64,000 nt of DNA, taken from the NCBI GenBank assembly GCA_900553885.1, contig USFD01000001.1:35651-99650 (forward strand), read 5' to 3'. The DNA comes from an uncultured Ruminococcus sp. (GTDB taxonomy: Bacteria; Bacillota; Clostridia; Lachnospirales; Lachnospiraceae). A program made the translations under genes and the position numbers. Under the pieces are notes generated by a model that worked only from the letters and a program-made list of their open reading frames with translations, searched no databases and was not told the origin of the DNA. Below, one piece after another: positions 1 through 8,482 of this stretch; position 1 is the stretch's first letter, and every line of letters starts with the position of its first letter.

Positions 1-99
1 TTTCTTGCTGTCATCTGACCGCAGGACAGCAGGGCGGCCAGTCCATCAATATCCACCGCCAAGCGAAATTTGCTCTCTCTTTCTTTTGTCTGTCTCAAT

Positions 100-951
100 T
101 CACATCACCCCCTTCATCTGTTCTTTCAGCCGATTCAATTTTTCCTGCGCAGTCACGCGCCTCCGGCTCTCCCCGGAAAATTTTACCGGGACACACAGTT
201 CCTTCAGGCGGTCATAAATCCGTGCATGAGCCGTATCCTGAGGATTGTTCAGCTCGTTTAGTGTCAGATTGGTAGTCACGATCAGCGGCTTTCCGCTCCG
301 ATACCTGCCGTCGATCACTGCATAAATCTGTTCCAAGCCATATTCCGTGCCTCGTTCCATTCCGAAATCATCCAAAATCAGCAAAGGGAACCGGCACAGG
401 GATTTTATATACTCATTCTTTTCTGAAAAATTAGAGGACAGGTCATTTAAGACTTCCGCGAAATTCGTCATGCGGACCGGGATCTCCTGTTCCAGCAGCG
501 CATTGGCAATGCATCCGGCCAAAAAACTTTTCCCTGTCCCTACCGCTCCCCAGAAGAGGAGACCGATATTATCACGCTTCATTTCCTCCCAATGCTTTAT
601 ATAAAACCGGGCAGTCTCCGTATTCTTTGATTCCACGCGATTCTTTTTAAAGTTCCATTCCCGCATGGCTTTCTCGGAGAAACATCGTTCTTTTAAGCTC
701 CTTACAGTTTCTTCATGCCATGACTGCTCCCGAAGCGCTTCCGCCTGTTCCCGGGCTTTTCTCCGGCAGTCACATTCCCTTGGATGGGTTTTCATTCCGA
801 ACTTCTGCGCCAACTCCTGATCAAAATAGGCTTCCTTCGGCGTGTGGCATTTCCCGCAGTAGGTCAGACCATCTTCCCCGATGTAATCCTCCTCAGTTTT
901 CTCTATCTGAGTTGTCATTTTCTTTAATGCTTCTTCTACGATTTCTTTCAC
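100..951 (-). CDS. IstB/DnaC-like AAA+ ATPase (replication helper/helicase-loader-like)
   Basis: The Walker A motif GAVGTGKSFLAGCIANAL and a Walker B-like LLILDDFG are present. The length (about 283 aa) and the position immediately downstream of a DnaD-like gene with a 4-nt overlap both fit. Confidence 0.7.
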   Translation of the reverse strand: MKEIVEEALKKMTTQIEKTEEDYIGEDGLTYCGKCHTPKEAYFDQELAQKFGMKTHPRECDCRRKAREQAEALREQSWHEETVRSLKERCFSEKAMREWNFKKNRVESKNTETARFYIKHWEEMKRDNIGLLFWGAVGTGKSFLAGCIANALLEQEIPVRMTNFAEVLNDLSSNFSEKNEYIKSLCRFPLLILDDFGMERGTEYGLEQIYAVIDGRYRSGKPLIVTTNLTLNELNNPQDTAHARIYDRLKELCVPVKFSGESRRRVTAQEKLNRLKEQMKGVM

Positions 952-1697
952 AGGCTTTCCTCCTCACTGCATATATAATCCGGAATCCTTCCTGCAGGAG
1001 CAGAACGCTCCGCCCATCTCCTCAGGGTAGCGGCATGGTCGGCATAGTATTTGCCCGTAGATCTCATATAGCCGGATAATTCCTCGATCAGCCGGTTCAC
1101 TCCCGGGATCTCCTGCTGAAGCTTCCTGTACTCGGATTCCGATAAATATACGTTTTGATATTTTCCATAAACAGAGCGGGGTTCCCTCTCTCCACTTATT
1201 TGACTCTGTATCTTTTGACTATTATTCATTTGATTAGAGGACACATTTCTTCCCCTCTGACGGTCACTTTTCTTTCCCTCTGAGCGACAGGTTTCTGTCT
1301 TTCCGGACGGTTCTTTTTCTTTCCTTCCGGACAGGCAGATTCCCCGTCCTTCCTGTGGAATTTTAATGTAAAGAATGTTCGGCATACAGAATCCCTGCCG
1401 CTTCTTTTCTACCAGTCCGGCATCCTCCAGTTCGCGCATCGCTTTCTTGATAGTAGTCTGGCTCTTTCCCAGATCCTTTGCCATGTTGGATATGGGATAG
1501 ATCAAATAGATCTGCCCCTTCTCATCCTTCCATCCATTTCTCCGGGAGAGCTTCGCCCGGTCCAGCAGCATAGCATACAATACTCTGGCGGTATTCGTCA
1601 GTTCCGTCTTCAGCAAAAATCGTGGATAAGGGAGAAAGACCGGAATCCGGGTCTGATCTGTCATGTACTCGGTCAACGGCCTATTCATTTTGTTCAT
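948..1697 (-). CDS. DnaD-domain replication initiator / replisome organizer-like protein (HTH)
   Basis: The segment FLPYPRFLLKTELTNTARVLYAMLLDRAKLSRRNGWKDEKGQIYLIYPISNMAKDLGKSQTTIKKAMRELEDAGLVEKKRQ resembles the N-terminal winged-HTH of DnaD-like/phage replisome organizer proteins. The start was chosen at the internal ATG (MNKMNRPL) to minimise overlap with the upstream small gene. The longest ORF runs to 1841. Confidence 0.55.
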   Translation of the reverse strand: MNKMNRPLTEYMTDQTRIPVFLPYPRFLLKTELTNTARVLYAMLLDRAKLSRRNGWKDEKGQIYLIYPISNMAKDLGKSQTTIKKAMRELEDAGLVEKKRQGFCMPNILYIKIPQEGRGICLSGRKEKEPSGKTETCRSEGKKSDRQRGRNVSSNQMNNSQKIQSQISGEREPRSVYGKYQNVYLSESEYRKLQQEIPGVNRLIEELSGYMRSTGKYYADHAATLRRWAERSAPAGRIPDYICSEEESL

Positions 1698-1896
1698 TCT
1701 TCTGCTGCCGTCTGATCTTCCGCCGATGGCTCCGCTTGGATTCATAACAAGGACAGCAGATGATAACTGTCCGGAAACTCTGCTTACAGTCCCCGATGCA
1801 TTTCCGGCAGGTCTCATTGTGTGTAACCCTTCCCCTTTCATTGAGGAAAAAGGACAGTTCCTGTTTTCTCTTCTTGCTCATTCGCGGCACAGACAT
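1681..1896 (-). CDS. Cys-rich KTR-like small protein (conjugative-element associated)
   Basis: The sequence MSVPRMSKKRKQ...HNETCRKCIGDCKQSFRTVIICCPCYESK carries the cysteine pattern of Cys_rich_KTR proteins, which precede replication initiators in Firmicutes ICE/Tn elements. The start is uncertain. Confidence 0.35.
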   Translation of the reverse strand: MSVPRMSKKRKQELSFFLNERGRVTHNETCRKCIGDCKQSFRTVIICCPCYESKRSHRRKIRRQQKNEQNE

Positions 1897-1944
1897 TCCT
1901 CCTTTCTGCCATCCCGCCGATGCCGTATGCAGGACAGCAAAATA

Positions 1945-2078
1945 TGGTCGCGTTTCAGTATCATTTTTCACATTTTGGGCCAGTCTAAATGAGCTTTTTT
2001 GACCTCAAATATTATCAGACAGGGATTCTACTGCCTGCGGGCAAAAACGCTGTTTGGTCGTGTTTCGGTGTCATTTTT
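1945..2078. repeat. Two 24-bp imperfect direct repeats (tggtcgYgtttcRgtRtcattttt) 110 bp apart
   Basis: The copies at 1945-1968 and 2055-2078 match at 20 of 24 positions. They lie just upstream of the replication module and could be iterons or element-end sites. Confidence 0.4.
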
Positions 2079-2355
2079 GAATAATTTATCTGGACTACCT
2101 CCCGAGTCCGGCAGAATGCGAATAGTTCGGAGTCCGTTCCAGTCTCTTTCTTCTCATGAATCCTCCTTTCATTCTTCCTGTTACGCAGTAACACCACAAA
2201 TGGGGAAGCCGGCAGTCCTGCCGGGATCTTCCTTTTGTGCTGCGTCTCACTTTCCAGTGGACGCTAATATCTGCTAAAGAAGCAGATCATCGAGGGTATG
2301 GGGAATTGAAATCCCAAGCAAGAGCACTACTCTGGAATACACGATTGTGTATTAC

Positions 2356-2465
2356 GAGGTGGATCTTGCTCTTAGAAATCCCCATCAAGATCACGCCCCC
2401 AAAAGGGAAGGGAAAATCCATAACATGGATTTCGGTATTACCGGGGTGGATCTTGCTCTAGAAAA
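2356..2465. repeat. Two 23-bp direct repeats (gRggtggatcttgctctYagaaa), possible att/end sites
   Basis: The copies lie at 2356-2378 and 2443-2465. A near-palindrome aatacacgattgtgtatt sits just upstream at 2335-2352. Confidence 0.35.
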
Positions 2466-2781
2466 GACACTTCCCTCTGCTTATCCAAAAAATCCGCATG
2501 GTTTTTACAAGAAAATGAACAAAAATTTTATTTTTTATGAAAACTACAGAATGTTACTTCTTCGGGCGATTTGATATTGTGCTTTTCTAAAAATCTCCTC
2601 ACTTATCCAAACTGGAAGAAGCAATTTTATAACATCTGAATAGAAAAGTTTTATTTCACCCTTCACTAATAGAAACGAAATCGGGTGGTTTTACAGTGTG
2701 CAAGGAAATTATTTTTAAAAAAGAACATAAAAAAAAGTCACCAGCATAAATAAGCTGACGACTCTAAAAATGTCCTCTTCT

Positions 2782-3090
2782 CTAATTTTCCCTGTCAATA
2801 TTCTTCTGTATTTCCTTCATCAACGAGATTCCTATCTGCAACCCTATTTCCATATATACACTGGCAGTTTCACTTGTAAGTTCATTACACAGATCCAGTA
2901 ATTCTGAGTTTGGATTTGGATCATATTTCGCAACTGCTGTCTCAAATCTTTGATAAATCTCATCCATCCGTTCTTCATAATCCCGATCATCTTTGTCGGG
3001 ACCAATACCAAACAACAAATAATCTGCGATTCCTCGTACAGTTGCCCTTTCAAAAATACCTTTTATTTGCGACATCCTTTTTCTCCTCAT
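2782..3090 (-). CDS. Hypothetical protein (102 aa), divergent partner of an XRE HTH gene
   Basis: This is a clean ORF divergent from the 3199 HTH gene. No recognisable motifs were found. Confidence 0.3.
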   Translation of the reverse strand: MRRKRMSQIKGIFERATVRGIADYLLFGIGPDKDDRDYEERMDEIYQRFETAVAKYDPNPNSELLDLCNELTSETASVYMEIGLQIGISLMKEIQKNIDREN

Positions 3091-3198
3091 ATGTTGTTTT
3101 CATATTCATGATTATACTCGGATATTCGTACATTTTCAATATCCGAGTATATCAATAAAATAATCACATATACTACAGTAGGAGAATGAAACGGAGAC

Positions 3199-3408
3199 AT
3201 GATTAGCTATCGCCCACTCTTTAAAACTATGGCTCAAAAGAATATCTCGTCCTATGCGCTTTTTAAAATGGGATTTTCAAAAGCAACCTATCATTCCATT
3301 AAAAAGGGCAATAGCATCAGTACAAATACAGTCAACCAATTGTGCCGACTGTTACACTGTTCTGTTTCTGATATTATGGAATATATTGATGATGAACAAC
3401 ATGGTTAA
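3199..3408 (+). CDS. XRE-family (Cro/C1-type) HTH transcriptional regulator
   Basis: It carries the helix-turn-helix signature KATYHSIKKGNSISTNTVNQLCRLLHCSVSDIMEY. An RBS (ggaga) lies 6 nt upstream. It is a paralogue of the HTH protein at 19655-19918. Confidence 0.6.
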   Translation: MISYRPLFKTMAQKNISSYALFKMGFSKATYHSIKKGNSISTNTVNQLCRLLHCSVSDIMEYIDDEQHG

Positions 3409-3840
3409 ACTCACTGGCTAAAAAAATCAATACAAGTAATTCTCTACATTTTTACGATTATTACAAACCAAACACTGTTCTCATTACAAAATATTCGAAG
3501 AACATTATATTAAACAGCATGCCCTGTATCTATGGAAATATCTTGTCCGTTCAAGATTCATTATACATATGAATGTTACAATGCGGCAGAGCCGCCAGTC
3601 CGGTGTGGCGTCGGAATAATCAACATGTATTCTATAGTAAGCATATCCTGTTCTATACTTATCAAAAACTTATTCTTTGTGCCTTCATAAATCGAAATCA
3701 GATACTTCTATATACTTATCTGTTATTTTAACACATAAAAAGAGGAGCCAGACTTCTCCGACTCCTCCAAGTATGTGTCCGCAAACACATACCCCAATTG
3801 CTATTAATAATATACTATAACCACAAAAAATATGCAATCC

Positions 3841-3890
3841 TCTAAAGAGAACTTTTTAATATTGTCTAAAGAGAACTTTTTAATATTGTC
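3841..3890. repeat. Perfect 24-bp tandem duplication (taaagagaactttttaatattgtc, 2 copies) overlapping the 3' end of the Abi gene
   Basis: This was read directly from the sequence. Copy 2 encodes the last 8 codons (MTILKSSL*) of the Abi_2 gene, and copy 1 lies immediately downstream. Confidence 0.8.
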
Positions 3891-4912
3891 ATGCGAGAAG
3901 CTAAATCTGGATGAATAGTAAGCCTTGTAACTTCAGGATTTACAGAGTTTTCGTATTCCTTTGTGATTTTTTCAAATTCACGTATAAATATTTTAAGTTC
4001 TGTTTTGGTTACTTTCAGCAATTTCAGATAATAGCAAATTAGAATGATATAATCTCCAATAGTTTTAAAATTTATGTATGGAAGCCCTATTTCCAAAATT
4101 AGACATTGCTTCATTGGTCTAGAAGGATCCATTTTTCTGAATCGGGTATCATAAACAACATCATTATGAGCAATAGCATTTCGCAAATCTTTGAGAGCGT
4201 ATACATATTTATAAACTAATTCTCGATAGGTATCACAGGACAGATTAATGCCTATCGCTCGTGAAATTTTTTCTCTCATATCTATCGTTAGACAGGAAAG
4301 AAGATATCCAAAATCGCCCATAGTCAAAATTTCAAATACTGCCCAAATTGGAACCTCATTATAATTTACATTATTATAAAAATGAGTAATCTTTGGATTA
4401 TCCTTTCGATATGCTCCTGCAATAGAATTTTGAATAGAGCCCTGTAAATTCAACTTATTAATCTGAAATTTTTTCTTAATATCTTCTGAGGTTCCGGGTG
4501 ATGCATTTTTGTAACTGTTTACAACTTTATCATACATATCATAAATACTATTCGATCCTACTTCGTCCATGATTGTATTAAGTGCAATATTTTTCAGTGC
4601 AGTCTCTATAAACATCATTTTTCCATACAACAATGACTTTAATTTTGTATCATACTGGATTGTCGCATTAATTTCATTATACGATATAAAAGGGAGTCTA
4701 TTCTGAGAAGATACAAAGAAACGATATCCTTTATAACCATGAAAATATCCAGTATTAATCAATTGCTGTTTCTGTGAACTTCCAGAAATTGCAATCCCAT
4801 TCTTACGAAGATGACGCATAAGTGCATCGGTAGATTTATAATCTTTTGTTGGCATAATGTCTCCTAAAAAATTTGATATATCCAGTATAATACAAATATT
4901 CCCTATTAACAA
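3866..4912 (-). CDS. Abortive infection protein, Abi_2 (AbiD/AbiF-like) family
   Basis: The N-terminal region (KDYKSTDALMRHLRKNGIAI...QKQQLINTGYFHGYKGYRFF) matches the Abi_2 N-terminal pattern. The protein is about 348 aa and AT-rich, and it sits in a defence-island context. Confidence 0.6.
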   Translation of the reverse strand: MLIGNICIILDISNFLGDIMPTKDYKSTDALMRHLRKNGIAISGSSQKQQLINTGYFHGYKGYRFFVSSQNRLPFISYNEINATIQYDTKLKSLLYGKMMFIETALKNIALNTIMDEVGSNSIYDMYDKVVNSYKNASPGTSEDIKKKFQINKLNLQGSIQNSIAGAYRKDNPKITHFYNNVNYNEVPIWAVFEILTMGDFGYLLSCLTIDMREKISRAIGINLSCDTYRELVYKYVYALKDLRNAIAHNDVVYDTRFRKMDPSRPMKQCLILEIGLPYINFKTIGDYIILICYYLKLLKVTKTELKIFIREFEKITKEYENSVNPEVTRLTIHPDLASRMTILKSSL

Positions 4913-4989
4913 GATAACCGTCCCAAGTAGTACCGCCGTAAAATTTAAAATTACCCTGGCCTTTGCGAGTTAGAGTAATTCACTATAAT

Positions 4990-5260
4990 TCATATGCGAT
5001 TTTTGATAGATTGGAGTTTTTCACTCCAAGGTGCCAGCTCTGGCAGTTGTTCATCGGTCATATCTTTACATGACCGGTGCTCCAGCAGAAATTTAAGATA
5101 TCCATAAATATTCAGCCCATGTGCTTTTGCCATTCCAACCATTGTGCAGACTACCGCACTGGCATTCTCTCCGGTCACGACCAGAAAGCCTCTAGAACAG
5201 GTTTTTCCTTTTCGAGACGAAGCTATTTCCGCTTTTCATAATCACCGGGATACTTTTTTG
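4990..5260 (-). pseudogene. IS66-family transposase C-terminal remnant
   Basis: The translated segment ...GFLVVTGENASAVVCTMVGMAKAHGLNIYGYLKFLLEHRSCKDMTDEQLPELAPWSEK matches the conserved IS66 C-terminus (GAKASA..YSLIETAKANGLNPYEYLK...LLPWN). The catalytic domain upstream is missing. Confidence 0.5.
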
Positions 5261-5619
5261 TTAATGGAATCCTCAATGACGAATAACCGATTGCAGTATT
5301 GGACACCCTGTACTGCCGACTGGTTGTAATCATACTATTTCCCTTTGGGAACAGCATCGATAAAGTATCAGCGGATATACCCAACAAGAGCAGCGTCTAG
5401 TCCACGGAAGATTGTTGTATTCCCCCGGAAGCGAAAAGATAAAGACGGGAATAGAGATGAAGCAATGCTGGGATCGATCATGCCATGGTCGAAAGAACTT
5501 CCGGATGAATGTTATAGTAAGCGCCGCCAATGAACAGCGGCGCATGACTTATCAACCGCGACCTTCCAGAGCATGCCCCAGAGAAATGGGATAAGTAAAA
5601 AAACCTCCTTACCATTCAC

Positions 5620-6738
5620 TTACTTCCTCAAAATACCAATCAACGCCTCTGCAATCGCTAAGGCTTCTTCTTCTGTATTCTCCACACCGAAGGAAATGCG
5701 TATCGTGCCTTTTGCATATTCTTCCGGCACATGAATCGCCTCTATCACATGAGAGACACGAGCATTTACTGAATCGCATGCGGAGCCAGTGGAAATACAG
5801 ATTCCCTTCAGGTCCAACCGATGAAGTAGCATCTCGCCATCAGCTCCTTTGATGGAAATATTTACATTTCCAGGAAGATGATAGCTATTGCCGTTTCTTC
5901 TGTACTCAATGCCCGCAAAAGTCAACGTATCCAGAAGAATTTTCTCTAGCTTTCGGAGTCTCTGTGAGGACGCTTCCATGCGATTGCAGTTCTTTTTCAG
6001 AGCTACAGCCATAGCTGCGATTGCCGCCACGTTCTCTGTGCCGCCACGTCTACCGTGCTCCTGTGAGCCGCCATCAGCATAAGGATGAAGCTCTACGCCT
6101 TTACGGATATACAGAAATCCGCTGCCCTTCATTCCGTTAAATTTATGTGCCGACGCAGAGAGCATATCAACGTCAAGTTCTTTCACATTAATTGGAATAT
6201 GACCAACCGCCTGCACTGCGTCGGTATGGAACAGTGTACCATGTTCATGCGCAATTCTGGTAAGCTCCTTGATCGGTTCGATTGTCCCAATCTCGTTATT
6301 AGCCAGCATAACAGAGACGAGTCTCGTATTGTCCGTTATATACTGTGAAAGCTTTTCCGGCTGCACAATACCATCATCCGTCACCGGCAGGTAAGTTACT
6401 GGATAGCCGAGCAGCTCGATTGCCGCGCAAGTATTCAATACAGCATGGTGCTCAATCTTGGATGTAATGATTGTTCGCATTTTTGCGTCGGGAAATACTG
6501 AACTCTTAATCGCCCAGTTGTTACTCTCGGTACCGCCAGAGGTAAAATAGATTTCGTCCGGCTCCGCTCCTATGCACGCAGCAATAGTTTCACGAGCCTC
6601 GGAGATTGCCTTCTTGGCCGGTTTGGCGAAGAAATACGGCTGTGAAGCATTACCATATTCCCCAGTTAAAAAGGGCATAGCTGTTTCCAACGCATCTGTA
6701 TCTAATTTCGTTGTCGCTGCATTATCAGCATAAATCAC
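5620..6738 (-). CDS. Cysteine desulfurase (NifS/IscS class V aminotransferase), last gene of the BREX-like operon
   Basis: The protein starts with the classic MIYADNAATTKLD motif (GTG start, RBS aggtgg). The PLP-lysine region SASAHKFNGMKGSGFLY and a C-terminal active-site Cys region ISTGSACDS are present. The start lies 16 nt from the stop of the upstream Zn-ribbon gene. Confidence 0.85.
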   Translation of the reverse strand: MIYADNAATTKLDTDALETAMPFLTGEYGNASQPYFFAKPAKKAISEARETIAACIGAEPDEIYFTSGGTESNNWAIKSSVFPDAKMRTIITSKIEHHAVLNTCAAIELLGYPVTYLPVTDDGIVQPEKLSQYITDNTRLVSVMLANNEIGTIEPIKELTRIAHEHGTLFHTDAVQAVGHIPINVKELDVDMLSASAHKFNGMKGSGFLYIRKGVELHPYADGGSQEHGRRGGTENVAAIAAMAVALKKNCNRMEASSQRLRKLEKILLDTLTFAGIEYRRNGNSYHLPGNVNISIKGADGEMLLHRLDLKGICISTGSACDSVNARVSHVIEAIHVPEEYAKGTIRISFGVENTEEEALAIAEALIGILRK

Positions 6739-6753
6739 AAAATTCCACCTGCC

Positions 6754-6963
6754 TCACTCAAAAAGTTTGCACCCCTCATTTTTGAACTCTTCGATTTTGT
6801 CCTGAAGTTCCTCAGTGGTCACTTCCAATTGCTCAGCTAAACAAGATATACAATAAAAATTCTTAGAACTTTTCCCCATCAGTTTTTTTGTAAGTCCTAT
6901 TTCGTTTTTACTGATATTCTTTTTTCCGCAAATATAACAGTCTGCCATCTTAATCATTGTCAT
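6754..6963 (-). CDS. Small Zn-ribbon protein (CxxC...CxxC), unknown function
   Basis: The sequence contains CYICGKKN...YCISCLAEQ...EGCKLFE. The start was set at an internal ATG to remove the 65-nt overlap with brxL. The longest ORF runs to 7014. Confidence 0.35.
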   Translation of the reverse strand: MTMIKMADCYICGKKNISKNEIGLTKKLMGKSSKNFYCISCLAEQLEVTTEELQDKIEEFKNEGCKLFE

Positions 6964-8464
6964 AATCTCTGCACACAGTAAATGCAGGTATGTCCTTTCC
7001 TTTATACTCATCATCCAGCAAGCCTAACTGATATTTGATGGTATCTCTCATTTTTCTTGCCCTGTCCAAACAGTATCGCTTGAAATCGTCAGATGAGATA
7101 TCACTAGGTTGCCTTACGTTAGGGAATAGAAGTTTTAAATACGCCGTAGAAATTCTTTTTACTGCCTCCGTATCTCTTGTGTCTGCGCCGTCAGGAACAA
7201 CAACAAGCTCATCAACTATTGCTCTATAGCTCATATCATCTCTTAGTTCATGCATGATTGAACAGAAGTATTCCGAGTTTAAAGCCCAACCGGATGCCTT
7301 TAAATCATCGTTCATTCTCGGAATGTTCCAACCTTTTATAAAACCATGAAACCTATCAATAAGTGCAGATTCATGAAAAACTTTTGGAAGCTCCACGAAC
7401 ATGTTTCCATAACCGTCTTCTTCCATAGATGCTTTGCTTATATTTCCACATAAAATCATTCCTGCATAAGCGGTACCCTCGTGATTACCGACAGTATAGA
7501 CACCAGATTCAAGATATCCCTTAAGGGCGGCTCTCATTTCATCAGTATCCGTAAATGAAATCGTCTGAACCTCATCAAGCGTGATGAAATCGTTTCCTGC
7601 CACCAAGCCTTCCATATGACGGTTTTGATCATAAAACATTTTTGCACGGCTCATAATTCCGCCGCTTGACAGCCAGCCAAAACGACTTACTCGTCCGAAC
7701 AAATAAGATTTCCCTGTCCCCTTAGGCGCTAATTCTATTAAATTCAATCTTTTTTCTATGAAAGGAAGCAGACGTGTAAGCATGGTGAGCTTCTTTTCTT
7801 CATCGCCGTTATACCCGTCAGCATTATAGTCCACTGCGCCCAAAATAATATCGATCCATTCCTTCGTGGAGAATTCTTTTCTTGCATCCTTAAAATAATC
7901 AATGTCTATTCTGTATGGACAAAACGGTTTAAAAGAAAGCAACTTAATCTTTCCTTTTTTGCCGGCTTTAGATCTGTCCCGATTTTTATTAACGTTGAAT
8001 GACCATTCGTGCTCATACTCGTCAGGGGACTGATATCCCAGTTCGACCATTCCCCACGTCTCATATTCATGAATAAGATCGGCCTTGCATTCATTCCAGA
8101 CATTTTCATCAATCAGTGTGTCTTTAAACGAAAGTCCAAAATCAGGCAGTGAGAATGAAACCTTTCCTGTCTTTATATCTATGTCGATAGATATTTTGGC
8201 TAAAAATCTTACAGTCTCCTGTTCTATGACCACACGATTTTTTATTGAATTCCAATCTTCTTTTTTAGGAAGATAGGTATGTACAAATTTTAAGACCCTA
8301 TCCACATCAAAAGTGCCATTCTCATCTTCAAATTTCCGAAGGATCCAATCCCTCATAAAAGATGGAAGGCTAAGTGCTGAAAAGACGTTACTCTGCTTTT
8401 TGAGATCTTTGTACACAACCATCTCATCAAAGCAATTCTTTAATTTTTCCTCAGTAATAGTCAC
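6950..8464 (-). CDS. brxL: BrxL-like Lon-related AAA+ ATPase (BREX)
   Basis: The N-terminal region (YKDLKKQSNVFSALSLPSFMRDWILRKF) and the segments ELAPKGTGKSYLF...SSGG....MFYDQ...IDRFHGFIKGWNIPRM match my recollection of BrxL (Lon_rel) family motifs. It starts with GTG behind an aggagg RBS. At 504 aa it is shorter than typical BrxL proteins, and I could not find a clear Lon protease Ser-Lys motif. Confidence 0.55.
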   Translation of the reverse strand: MTITEEKLKNCFDEMVVYKDLKKQSNVFSALSLPSFMRDWILRKFEDENGTFDVDRVLKFVHTYLPKKEDWNSIKNRVVIEQETVRFLAKISIDIDIKTGKVSFSLPDFGLSFKDTLIDENVWNECKADLIHEYETWGMVELGYQSPDEYEHEWSFNVNKNRDRSKAGKKGKIKLLSFKPFCPYRIDIDYFKDARKEFSTKEWIDIILGAVDYNADGYNGDEEKKLTMLTRLLPFIEKRLNLIELAPKGTGKSYLFGRVSRFGWLSSGGIMSRAKMFYDQNRHMEGLVAGNDFITLDEVQTISFTDTDEMRAALKGYLESGVYTVGNHEGTAYAGMILCGNISKASMEEDGYGNMFVELPKVFHESALIDRFHGFIKGWNIPRMNDDLKASGWALNSEYFCSIMHELRDDMSYRAIVDELVVVPDGADTRDTEAVKRISTAYLKLLFPNVRQPSDISSDDFKRYCLDRARKMRDTIKYQLGLLDDEYKGKDIPAFTVCRDYDND

Positions 8465-8482
8465 TTAGATTCCTCCTACTCA

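Larger units (their letters stand above)
1..2000. mobile_element. Partial (right end) integrated mobile element, ICE/prophage-like replication module; the element continues beyond the window start
   Basis: A DnaD-like initiator, a DnaC/IstB-like ATPase and a Cys-rich KTR-like small protein are co-oriented on the minus strand. Two direct-repeat pairs follow at 1945/2055 and 2356/2443. Confidence 0.45.

Noticed and set aside
6950-8464. Considered calling this gene a generic AAA+ ATPase rather than BrxL because it is short (504 aa) and I see no Lon protease Ser-Lys motif
   Set aside because: The N-terminal region, the Walker A context (ELAPKGTGKSYLF) and the IDRFHGFIKGWNIPRM segment match my recollection of the BrxL family. 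The position after pglZ also fits type-4 BREX. I kept the BrxL-like call but at moderate confidence.
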